A model generated the notes under the pieces. The model did no database searches. It was given only the letters and a program-made list of their open reading frames with translations, and was not told the DNA's origin. DNA of 32,000 nucleotides from an uncultured Lachnospiraceae bacterium (GTDB taxonomy: Bacteria; Bacillota; Clostridia; Lachnospirales; Lachnospiraceae), in contig CATBCG010000073.1 in the NCBI GenBank assembly GCA_949502025.1, positions 44,581-76,580 on the forward strand, given 5' to 3'. The position numbers were made by a program, and so were the translations under genes. Shown piece by piece: positions 9,535 through 17,424 of the stretch; the first letter of the stretch is position 1, and every line of letters begins with the position of its first letter.

Positions 9535-10236
9535 ATGCGGGAGAACAAAGAGCAATATATGAAGGAACTGCGGGAATGGTTGGAGGAAACCGCCGATACA
9601 AGTCTGGAGGAAATGGCAGAATTTTTTAAAAACCGTTTGGACGGCTATGAGGAGCATATGTCAGTCTGGAAGGATGCCTATATCCGAATGGCAGAATATG
9701 TAAGCCCGCAGACGACAGAGCTGTTGGATTTGGGCTGTGGGACCGGTCTGGAATTGGATCGGATCTGGGAGCGATATCCGGAGTTGGCAGTAACGGGAAT
9801 TGATCTGTCGGAGGCGATGCTGGCAAAGCTGGCAGAAAAGCATCCGGACAAACCACTGACACTGGTCTGTGCAGATTATTTTCAATATCCGTTTGAGGAA
9901 AAAACGTATGATATGATTCTATCGGTAGAGTCCTTTCATCATTTTAAGCCAGAGAAAAAGCTGACCTTATTTGAGAAAATTTATCAGGCTCTGCCGGTAG
10001 GAGGTATGTTTTTAGAGGCGGATTATCTGGCTTGCTGCGAGGAAGAGGAGGAGCTGCTGTTTGGAGAATGCGCCAGACGGAGAGCGGCAGCCCAAATCCC
10101 GGAGGAGCAGTTTGTCCATTTTGATACCCCGCTGACGTTGGAACATGAATTGGAACTGCTGCATAAGGCTGGGTTTAGGCAGGCAGAACTGTTGGAGGAT
10201 GTTTGTGGCGCAAGTTTTGTCTGTGCAGTAAAGTAA
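9535..10236 (+). CDS. Class I SAM-dependent methyltransferase (substrate unknown)
   Basis: AGGAGAGG RBS; motif I is LLDLGCGTGLE; 233 aa. It lies 58 nt upstream of the MetRS-like gene. Confidence 0.8.
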   Translation: MRENKEQYMKELREWLEETADTSLEEMAEFFKNRLDGYEEHMSVWKDAYIRMAEYVSPQTTELLDLGCGTGLELDRIWERYPELAVTGIDLSEAMLAKLAEKHPDKPLTLVCADYFQYPFEEKTYDMILSVESFHHFKPEKKLTLFEKIYQALPVGGMFLEADYLACCEEEEELLFGECARRRAAAQIPEEQFVHFDTPLTLEHELELLHKAGFRQAELLEDVCGASFVCAVK

Positions 10237-10294
10237 AAAAGATGAGTCAAGAGATAAACAAGAACAGAAAACCGAAGGAAAGAGGAGATTTGCA

Positions 10295-12409
10295 ATGGGA
10301 AAGGGAAAAAATAACGAAGCTGGAAAGGCGGCAGGAAAGGGAAAGGAACGTCCGATTTTTCCGAAACGCGCCGTGATTACGGCAGGGATGCCGTACGGCA
10401 ATAAGGAACTGCATTTTGGTCATGTAGGAGGGATGTTCGTTCATGCGGACACATTTGCCCGGTTTATGCGTGACCGGATTGGCAGGGAAAACGTGTTGTT
10501 TGTCTGCGGCACGGATTGTTATGGCTCTCCGGCGTTAGAGAGTTACCGGAAGCTGCGGGAGAGCGGCGAGCTGGGAGAGGATGTGACAATACAGGATTAT
10601 GTAAAGAAAAATCATCTGGCACAGAAGAAAACATTGGAGGATTACGAGATTTCCCTAAATTTTTACGGAGCTTCTGCTTTGGAACCAGCCAGAGAACCGC
10701 ATGAGCGGGAGTCAAAGGAATTGTTTGACACGTTGTTGGAGCGTGGCTATCTGAAACAAATGTCTACACCGCAGTTTTACGACCCGGAATTTCATGTGTT
10801 GTTAAACGGCAGACAGGTCGTTGGAAAATGCCCGATTGAGGGATGCTGCTCGGAAAAGGGCTATGCCGATGAATGTGATTTGGGTCATCAGTATTCCCCG
10901 TCGGAGCTGATCGATCCAAAGAGTGCCTTGTCCGGAAAGACACCGGAGCTGCGGGAAGTACAAAACTGGTATTTTTCCTTGGAGAATTTTACGGAAGCCA
11001 TGCAGGAATATATCAATGATTTACGCGCCAATACCAACACCCGGAAATATATTTTAAATACCATCGAAGAGTTTTTGAAAAAGCCGGTGATCTACGTTCA
11101 GAAAAAGTTGATTGCCAAAGCCGGAGAGGAAGTATCCGGACAGAAAGCGACCGGGACAGAAGCGGCTGAGGCAGAGGAGATGTTCCGGAAAGGATTAGCA
11201 GCCTTGGAAGAGGCGTTTCCGGAGCATGAAACGATAGTAGAGGAAAAAAAGGCTTCTGTTACGTTTGTATTTGGGCGGTTAGAAGATCGGGACAAGGCAA
11301 GAGAAGTATTGGGAGAGCGACAGATTTTCTATCGTACCGGAAAAACTCTGGTGCCGTTTCGTCTGTCCGGCAATATCGACTGGGGCGTACCAGTACCAGC
11401 AAGAGACGGCATGGAAGACTTAACGTTTTGGGTATGGCCGGAATCTCTTTGGGCGCCGATTTCCTTTACCAGAACGTGGCTGTTGGAGCAGGGCAGGGAA
11501 GAGGACGAATGGAAAACATGGTGGCAGGACGAGGATTCTAAGGTATACCAGTTTATCGGCGAGGACAATATTTCCTTTTACGGGATTGCAGAAATGGCGA
11601 TGTTTGCCGCTGCCTGGGAGGAACAGACCGGAGAAAAAGGGATTCCGGTCAAGCCGGACTGGAAAAAAATGCCGCACTTGGTGGCGAATCGTCATATTTT
11701 ATTTATGGAGAAAAAGGCAAGCAGCAGTTCGGACATCAAGCCGCCGATGGCGAAAGATTTATTGGAATTTTATACTCCGGAACAGTTACGGATGCACTTT
11801 TTAAGCCTGGGGCTTTCTACAAAGAGCAGCAGCTTTAAACCACAGGTTTATCTGCCGGAACAGGAACGGGAAGGTGTGGATCCGGTTTTAAAGGAAGGGA
11901 ATCTATTGACCAATGTGTTCAACCGGATTGTGCGTTCCTGTTTGTATGCGCTGCAAGATGAGAATAAAATGTCTTCCAAAGTGCCTTGTCTGCCGGTTAG
12001 CGAAGCGATTTTAGAGGCTTCAAAGGACGCGCTTTTGGAGTATGAACAGCATATGTACCGCCATGATTTCCACCGGATTACTTATGTGCTAGACGATTAT
12101 ATCCGTCTGCTAAATAAGCACTATGCCAACAACAGCAAAAAAGCAGAAGAGGACAAAGAATTCCAGAAACAGCTTTTGTCGGATTGCTTTTACGGGATTA
12201 AAACGGCTTTGCTTTTAGTCCATCCGATTGCGCCGACAGGCTGTGAGATGGTACGGGATTACATCGGATTTTCAGAACAGGTATTTTCCTGGGATCATGC
12301 GTTTGATTCCGTAGAGAGCGTTCTAAAACATCCGGAAGCGCCGACGAAGTTTTTAGAGCCTAGAGTGGATTTCTTTAAAAAGCCGGAAAGCCAGTATCAT
12401 AAAGCATAA
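10295..12409 (+). CDS. Class I aminoacyl-tRNA ligase family protein, MetRS-like but divergent (704 aa)
   Basis: It has a HIGH-type motif HFGH (10412-10423), a MetRS-like zinc knuckle GKCPIEGCCSEKGYADECDLGH, and YSPSELIDPKSALSG. At the expected KMSKS position the sequence is KKASSSS (11711-11731). There is an extra ~90-aa segment at about nt 11070-11360, and no C-terminal EMAP/tRNA-binding domain. Confidence 0.8.
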   Translation: MGKGKNNEAGKAAGKGKERPIFPKRAVITAGMPYGNKELHFGHVGGMFVHADTFARFMRDRIGRENVLFVCGTDCYGSPALESYRKLRESGELGEDVTIQDYVKKNHLAQKKTLEDYEISLNFYGASALEPAREPHERESKELFDTLLERGYLKQMSTPQFYDPEFHVLLNGRQVVGKCPIEGCCSEKGYADECDLGHQYSPSELIDPKSALSGKTPELREVQNWYFSLENFTEAMQEYINDLRANTNTRKYILNTIEEFLKKPVIYVQKKLIAKAGEEVSGQKATGTEAAEAEEMFRKGLAALEEAFPEHETIVEEKKASVTFVFGRLEDRDKAREVLGERQIFYRTGKTLVPFRLSGNIDWGVPVPARDGMEDLTFWVWPESLWAPISFTRTWLLEQGREEDEWKTWWQDEDSKVYQFIGEDNISFYGIAEMAMFAAAWEEQTGEKGIPVKPDWKKMPHLVANRHILFMEKKASSSSDIKPPMAKDLLEFYTPEQLRMHFLSLGLSTKSSSFKPQVYLPEQEREGVDPVLKEGNLLTNVFNRIVRSCLYALQDENKMSSKVPCLPVSEAILEASKDALLEYEQHMYRHDFHRITYVLDDYIRLLNKHYANNSKKAEEDKEFQKQLLSDCFYGIKTALLLVHPIAPTGCEMVRDYIGFSEQVFSWDHAFDSVESVLKHPEAPTKFLEPRVDFFKKPESQYHKA

Positions 12410-12433
12410 TAAGGTCAGTAAGTTTAGAAAAAA

Positions 12434-12475
12434 GAAACCGGATAAAGCATAAAAACGCTTGTCCGGTTTCTTTTT
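12434..12475. terminator. Bidirectional intrinsic terminator between convergent genes
   Basis: GAAACCGGA (12434-12442) pairs with TCCGGTTTC (12462-12470). It is flanked by an A-run (12428-12433) and TTTTT (12471-12475). Confidence 0.75.
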
Positions 12476-12477
12476 AT

Positions 12478-12531
12478 ATGATAGGAAAGTTCTCCGAACT
12501 TCCCTATCATACAAAAGCCCTCCGGGCAGGA
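12478..12531 (+). repeat. Copy B of the ~55-nt two-hairpin dispersed element (partner at 362-416)
   Basis: ATGATAGGAAAG...CTTCCCTATCAT plus GCCC-TCC-GGGC. It has the same architecture and orientation as copy A and directly abuts the terminator T-run. Confidence 0.6.
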
Positions 12532-12575
12532 TTCTTATTTATTAAGCAACATCATAAAGCTGGTTCCTATGGTAG

Positions 12576-13412
12576 TTAGCCCTTTGCGACATTTCCGCTG
12601 TTAATGCCTGCTCCGTTATTTTCCAATGGCAGCCAGTCCAGTACATGCTTGATATAGCGGTTCCAGAAGTCCCATTCATGAGCGCCAGGACCTTCTTCAT
12701 AGGTAACGTCCATATTCAGGCTCTTGAGATAGTCAGCCAGATCGTGGTTAGACTTTACACCGCCGTCTTCAGTACCACAGGCAATGTAAATTTTCGGAAG
12801 AGTGAGCTTTTCATTCACCATCTGCTTTGCGCGCCAGCGTAGGTTTTTATCGGTTTCCATGACCTTACTTAAATCACCAAAACATGCTTCGGCGTATGCT
12901 AAGGAATCGAAAACGGTTTTGCCCTCTGCGGTTCGGTTTCCTAAGCCCTCTACGATATTGGCGCCGGAAAGAGCCGCTACACAGCCAAAGGTTTCATTGT
13001 GGCGCAGCCCATTATAGAGAGAACCGTAGCCGCCCATAGAAAGCCCGCAGATAAAAGTATCCTCCCGTTTTCTGGAAAGCGGGAACATCTTTCTGGTCTG
13101 TTCGACTAATTCCTCTCCAATAAACTGGCTGTATTTGGCGTCCGGAAGCTCGCCGTCTGTATAGAAGCGGTTCTCGCCGGACGGCATGACTACAGCCAAA
13201 TCCTGCTCTTCCGCCCAGCGCTGGATATTGGTGCCGGACACCCAGTCGATATAGCTGCCGAATACACCATGCAGCAAATACAGGGTTTTGTAAGGTTTTT
13301 CCTCTCTGACCGGCATCCCTGGGAAAGTCATTTTGTCGGTCGGTAAAATCACATTGACCGGAACGGTTCTCATCAGAGATTTGGACATAAAATTAACTTG
13401 AATCAAAGCCAT
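12576..13412 (-). CDS. Esterase family protein (PF00756 'putative esterase'/tributyrin- or acetyl-esterase-like serine hydrolase)
   Basis: 278 aa with a GGAGGAA RBS. Motifs are YLLHG and the nucleophile elbow GLSMGGYG, with a C-terminal HEW region. Confidence 0.8.
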   Translation of the reverse strand: MALIQVNFMSKSLMRTVPVNVILPTDKMTFPGMPVREEKPYKTLYLLHGVFGSYIDWVSGTNIQRWAEEQDLAVVMPSGENRFYTDGELPDAKYSQFIGEELVEQTRKMFPLSRKREDTFICGLSMGGYGSLYNGLRHNETFGCVAALSGANIVEGLGNRTAEGKTVFDSLAYAEACFGDLSKVMETDKNLRWRAKQMVNEKLTLPKIYIACGTEDGGVKSNHDLADYLKSLNMDVTYEEGPGAHEWDFWNRYIKHVLDWLPLENNGAGINSGNVAKG

Positions 13413-13554
13413 AGCAAATTCCTCCTTTTTTTACTTGAAACTATTGTTCAGTGTATCACGTTATCCGGAAAATAGCATGGTTGATTGTGCTGATTGTAGA
13501 GAAATTTTTTGTGCAGACTGAACATAGATGGGAAGGAACTAAACGATAAGTTGT

Positions 13555-13583
13555 TTTACAGTTTAGTAAGAAAGCATTATACT
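13555..13583 (+). promoter_or_regulatory. Candidate sigma-A promoter of the HTH-FlhA(C)-like gene
   Basis: TTTACA (13555-13560), a 17-nt spacer, then TATACT (13578-13583), ~50 nt upstream of ATG 13632. Confidence 0.4.
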
Positions 13584-13631
13584 GATAAAGAAAAAACCGG
13601 TAGAAGGCCGGGAGAACAGGAGGAAGAAAAA

Positions 13632-14405
13632 ATGGAATTAACAGGATTAGGGCTACGTTTGCTGGAAGCCAGACAGGCAAAAAGGATGACACAGGAGGAA
13701 CTGGCAGTAAAGCTGGGCGTAACGGCGCAGGCGGTTTCTAAATGGGAACGTGGAGCAGGCTTGCCGGACGTGCCGTTGCTGGCTTCTGCTGCGGAGGTAT
13801 TGGAGGTATCGACGGATTATCTGTTGGGGATTACCATAGAGAACCTGTCCGAAAGCGGGAGAAGCGATGATATGGCAGAGACTATGAAGCTGATTTTAGC
13901 AGAGCCGCTAACCCTCTCTTTTGGCGTCGGGCTGCTTCCGGTAGTATCAAAAGCGAATCAGGATGGCTTCCCACAGATTCAGAAATTGCGGAAACGATAT
14001 GCCGAAGAAAAGGGCTGGCTGATACCAACGATTCGGATTCGGGATGAAATAAAGTTTGGAGAATATGAATACCGGATAATGGTCTATGAGGAAGTTGCAG
14101 AAAGCGGAACCTTATCGGAGGAAGCAGAGTTTGAAGAGCTGGTTCTGGCTTTGGAACGGGCAGTCGCTTCTCATTACGCCAGACTGTTAAATCGTCAGGT
14201 AGTAAAACGGCTTTTGGATTATGTTCGGATGTATTATCCGGCAGCCATAGACGGCATTGTTCCAGAACGGATCTCCTATCAAAAGATACAAAGAGAGTTA
14301 AGGAAACGGGTACAGGAGGGGAAATCCATTCGGAGTTTGCTGGAAATTTTGGAGGAGTTGGAGGAGTTGGAGGAGTTAGAAGAGGAAGCGAGATTAGGGG
14401 AGTAA
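13632..14405 (+). CDS. XRE-family HTH domain fused to a minimal FlhA/FHIPEP cytoplasmic-domain-like module (257 aa)
   Basis: GGAGGAAG RBS, then ATG 13632 (M42 of the track ORF). The N-terminus LRLLEARQAKRMTQEELAVKLGVTAQAVSKWERG is a classic HTH_3. The remainder (PLTLSFGVGLLPVV...QIQKLRKRYAEEKGWLIPTIRIRDEIKFGEYEYRIMVYEEVAESG ... LLNRQVVKRLLDYV...) follows the FlhA linker/SD1/SD3 consensus (LELGYGLIPLVD ... P.IRIRDN..L....Y.I...G). There are no transmembrane segments. Confidence 0.75.
   Translation: MELTGLGLRLLEARQAKRMTQEELAVKLGVTAQAVSKWERGAGLPDVPLLASAAEVLEVSTDYLLGITIENLSESGRSDDMAETMKLILAEPLTLSFGVGLLPVVSKANQDGFPQIQKLRKRYAEEKGWLIPTIRIRDEIKFGEYEYRIMVYEEVAESGTLSEEAEFEELVLALERAVASHYARLLNRQVVKRLLDYVRMYYPAAIDGIVPERISYQKIQRELRKRVQEGKSIRSLLEILEELEELEELEEEARLGE
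14351..14377 (+). repeat. Perfect 3 x 9-bp tandem repeat (GGAGGAGTT) encoding the ELEELEELE tail
   Basis: Read directly: units at 14351-14359, 14360-14368 and 14369-14377, followed by a degenerate AGAAGAGGAAG. Confidence 0.9.
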
Positions 14406-14564
14406 AAAATCAGGTTTAAAAAGAAGGCTGTTTTCATGAAGGAAAATTCTTGAGGCAGTCTCTTTTTTGGTGTTTTAGCAACGAATTGAAAAATTCACAT
14501 TTTCATGATATACTGCTATATAGTAATTATTATGGCAAGAGGGATTTGATGGGGAGGTGTTTTT

Positions 14565-15829
14565 GTGGCGGAAAGCCAAAATATTGAATGGAAGGAATCA
14601 TGGCGTGACGAATATCTTAAATGGATATGCGGTTTTGCAAATGCTCAAGGTGGAAAAATATATATTGGCACAAATGATAAGGGCAACGTAATCGGAATAC
14701 AAGATAGTAAAAAACTGTTGGAAGATATTCCGAATAAAGTCCGGGATGTTCTTGGTATTCTTGTGGATGTAAATTTATTGGAAAAAGATGGGCGAGACTA
14801 TATTGAGATTTGTGTGAATGCAAATAGCTATCCAGTCAACTATAAAGGTGAATATCATTACCGGAGCGGCAGCACCAAGCAGCAGTTGAAAGGACAAGCA
14901 TTGAATCAATTCCTATTACAGAAAACGGGAATTACCTGGGATAGTGTACCGGTTCGGGATATAATTGTACAAGATTTAAGAAATGACAGTTTTGATATTT
15001 TTCGAGAACAGGCAGTCCTTAGCAAGCGAATGGACAGCTTAAAAGAGCCGCCGTTTTACTTTTCCATCATAACCCGGAAAAATGGATACCAGGAGCTTAT
15101 ATTAAGATTGGCTACTTTGAATCGGATTCTGAACTTAGGTATCAGGATGAAATACATGGTTCTCTAATAGCACAGGCGGAAAAAGTGGTTGATCTTATTT
15201 TTACCAAATATTTGAAAGCAGACATTTCTTATCATGGAGTAACAAGAGTAGAAACGTATCCATTTCCCAAAGATGCGATCAGAGAAGCTGTTTTTAATGC
15301 GATTGCACATAAATTTTATGGAGCTTTGATTCCAATTCAGATTAGCATATATGCCGATAGAATTTATATTGCAAATGATTGTATTTTTCCTGAAGATTGG
15401 ACACTTGATGATTTAATGGGAAAGCACAGGTCAAGACCTTATAATCCGTTAATTGCCAACACATTTTTTCGGGCTGGTTTTATCGAAGCATGGGGGCGAG
15501 GAATTGAGAAAATTAAGGATAGCTGTAAGGAAGCCGGAAATCCTATGCCAAAGTATACTATCAAAAGAGAAGATATTATGGTGATGTTTAAGAGCTTGGT
15601 TAGTGATACTGACCAAGCTACTAACCAAGCTAACCAAGGTAGTGACAATTCTGTAGCTGCACGTATTTTAAAGGTAATTCAAGAAGAACCAACGCTGTCA
15701 CAGAAAAAAATTGCGGATGTTATTGGAGAAAAATACAGTACAGTAAAATATTATATGGAATCTATGAAAAAATCTGGGATTATAAAGAGAGAAGGTTCCA
15801 GTCAAAAAGGGAAATGGATGGTTTTATAA
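14565..15829 (+). pseudogene. Disrupted AlbA_2 (Schlafen-like DNA-binding) + HATPase_c_4 + C-terminal wHTH 'putative transcriptional regulator/ATP-binding' gene
   Basis: Track ORFs 14565-15167 and 15185-15829 are the two halves of one family. The N-terminus is ESQNIEWKESWRDEYLKWICGFANAQGGKIYIG. The ORF2 frame is already open from 15023 and there reads QLKRAAVLLFHHNPEKWIPGAYIKIGYFESDSELRYQDEIHGSLIAQAEKVVDLIF. The tail of ORF1 (PPFYFSIITRKNGYQ...) looks like out-of-frame noise. The frame change lies within 15023-15060. Confidence 0.7.
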
Positions 15830-15856
15830 TCTGATAAGAATTAGAAGAGTAAAAAC

Positions 15857-15899
15857 AGGCTGCCGCTTTTACGAAGGAAATTTCCTAAAGTGGCAGCCT
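15857..15899. terminator. Bidirectional hairpin terminator
   Basis: AGGCTGCC (15857-15864) pairs with GGCAGCCT (15892-15899), with an inner AGGAAATTTCCT palindrome. AAAAA lies upstream and TCTTTTG downstream. Confidence 0.7.
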
Positions 15900-15920
15900 T
15901 CTTTTGAGCTTAAACATTTG

Positions 15921-16970
15921 TTATTTAGAACGAAAGACAGCAATAATGGAATCAAACGCCGCCCAAAGGATACCGGCTAACGGCCAGATCAGCCAGCTAA
16001 TGTGCCAGGCATGGAAGAGGAAGCTCCAAATTAGGTAAGCGGCGGTCACACCGAGCCAATAGACATCGGAAATGGCGTTGGAGAGTGCTTTGTTATATCG
16101 TCTGCGGCTCGGATCGTGCGTTTCGTAGGAGGTTTGCTGGTTGGCGTCCTCGTGAAGCGAAATATCTCCTTTTAATAGCGTCTTATAGCTTTCTGAAATG
16201 ATACTGGCATGAACCAGGAGGAAAACACCGATTCCGACCAGGATCAGCAAAAGGCAGACGCCGGCGATCTGAAACATTTCTCCTACATGAAAGCTTTCCC
16301 CAAACAGCAATGCAGTAGCAAGCAGCGGAATGACGCTGAGGATACAGAAGAAAACGCCGACGGAAATTTGAATAGCAAAGGCGGAACGAAACTGGTTGTG
16401 CAGCTCGCCTAAGTAAGCGGCGGTATCAAGCGAGATCCGAAAGGGTTCTTTTTTTAAATAATCATACTGAGGCGCGGAAATTCCACTACTGACAAAGAGG
16501 GCTACCGCAACCGCAATACATAAAAACAAAGCAAGCAGACCTAAAAAGGCAGACATATTTTCGGGCAGCCGGTTGAGGGTAAATTCCGATAGACCAGCCA
16601 GGTAAATTAACAAGACCGGAGAAAAAATACACAGCATGACGCCAAGGGCTATCTTCGTAGCATATTTTTTGGAAAAGCGAAGGAAGTCGTCGGCTTCGTC
16701 AGAAGAAACTATATGGAACAGATCGGATTCGTCCTGCGAAGTGTTTGGAGACTGGGAAGAAGAAAACGGAAACTCTGCCAGTATCTCGTCCAGATTACCA
16801 AACTCTGTGATAACAATGCCAATCGCCTCATTTTCGCTTTTGCCGGAGGCTTTCAGTTCTGCATATTTGTCCTCCATCATAGCGTATAGCTCTTCCTTGG
16901 CGCGGAGGGTTTCCGGTGTTTCCGGAAGGCTTAAAAACATATTGTCTAAATAAGTACGGATCGTGTCCAT
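15921..16970 (-). CDS. PadR-associated polytopic membrane protein ('permease prefix'/DUF1700-like N-terminus)
   Basis: 349 aa. It starts 12 nt after the padR stop. The N-terminus is MDTIRTYLDNMFLSLPETPETLRAKEELYAMMEDKYAELKASGKSENEAIGIVITEFGNLDEI, followed by ~6 transmembrane helices. Confidence 0.75.
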   Translation of the reverse strand: MDTIRTYLDNMFLSLPETPETLRAKEELYAMMEDKYAELKASGKSENEAIGIVITEFGNLDEILAEFPFSSSQSPNTSQDESDLFHIVSSDEADDFLRFSKKYATKIALGVMLCIFSPVLLIYLAGLSEFTLNRLPENMSAFLGLLALFLCIAVAVALFVSSGISAPQYDYLKKEPFRISLDTAAYLGELHNQFRSAFAIQISVGVFFCILSVIPLLATALLFGESFHVGEMFQIAGVCLLLILVGIGVFLLVHASIISESYKTLLKGDISLHEDANQQTSYETHDPSRRRYNKALSNAISDVYWLGVTAAYLIWSFLFHAWHISWLIWPLAGILWAAFDSIIAVFRSK

Positions 16971-16982
16971 AGAAACTCCTTT

Positions 16983-17306
16983 CTAAAACTGCACAAACGG
17001 CTTCATGATTTTTTGGATTAAATGCCATTCGTCACATTTTTCCTGATAATAAGTACGTCCCTTTTGGGTAATACGATAATAGGTGCGGCGCTTGCCGCTG
17101 GTTTCGCTCCCATAAAAGGATTCGGTATAGCCATTTTGTTCCAGCCGGTTAAAGGCGGAATAAAGTGTTGTTTCTTTGATAATGTAGTCTCCGTTCGACA
17201 GCTCCCGGATGCGCTTGGATATTTCATAGCCATAAGAGGGCTGTTCCAACAACAGAGATAAAATGATGGTATCGTTGTAGCCGCGTATGACATCACTGCT
17301 AATCAA
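16983..17306 (-). CDS. PadR family transcriptional regulator
   Basis: 107 aa. The start codon is TTG (plus-strand CAA at 17304-17306), preceded by an AGGAG RBS. The motif LLLEQPSYGYEISKRIRELSNGDYIIKETTLYSAFNRLEQNGY is a typical PadR wHTH. Confidence 0.9.
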   Translation of the reverse strand: MISSDVIRGYNDTIILSLLLEQPSYGYEISKRIRELSNGDYIIKETTLYSAFNRLEQNGYTESFYGSETSGKRRTYYRITQKGRTYYQEKCDEWHLIQKIMKPFVQF

Positions 17307-17349
17307 ATTCTCACTCCTTATCTATTAAGCTACATAGAAATAGAAGATA

Positions 17350-17376
17350 TACGACTATCGTACTATGTCTGTCGTA
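17350..17376. promoter_or_regulatory. Candidate operator upstream of padR (palindromic TACGA/TCGTA half-sites)
   Basis: TACGA-CTA-TCGTA (17350-17362) is followed by a third TCGTA at 17372-17376, 45-70 nt upstream of the padR start on the minus strand. Confidence 0.3.
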
Positions 17377-17424
17377 GTAATTTTAGAGTAGCACAGGAGA
17401 TACCGGATGTCAAGTGAAATTTTG

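Noticed and set aside
10237-10294. T-box riboswitch or leader upstream of the MetRS-like gene
   Set aside because: Only 58 nt are available, and there is no T-box motif (AGGGUGGNACCGCG-like) or terminator/antiterminator pair. The 126-nt gap upstream of the methyltransferase (9409-9534) also lacks these.
14565-15829. Treating 14565-15167 and 15185-15829 as two independent intact genes
   Set aside because: The frame of the second ORF is open ~160 nt further upstream and there encodes family-typical sequence (AAVLLFHHNPEKWIPGAYIKIGYF...). That stretch overlaps the nonsensical tail of the first ORF. A single disrupted gene explains both.
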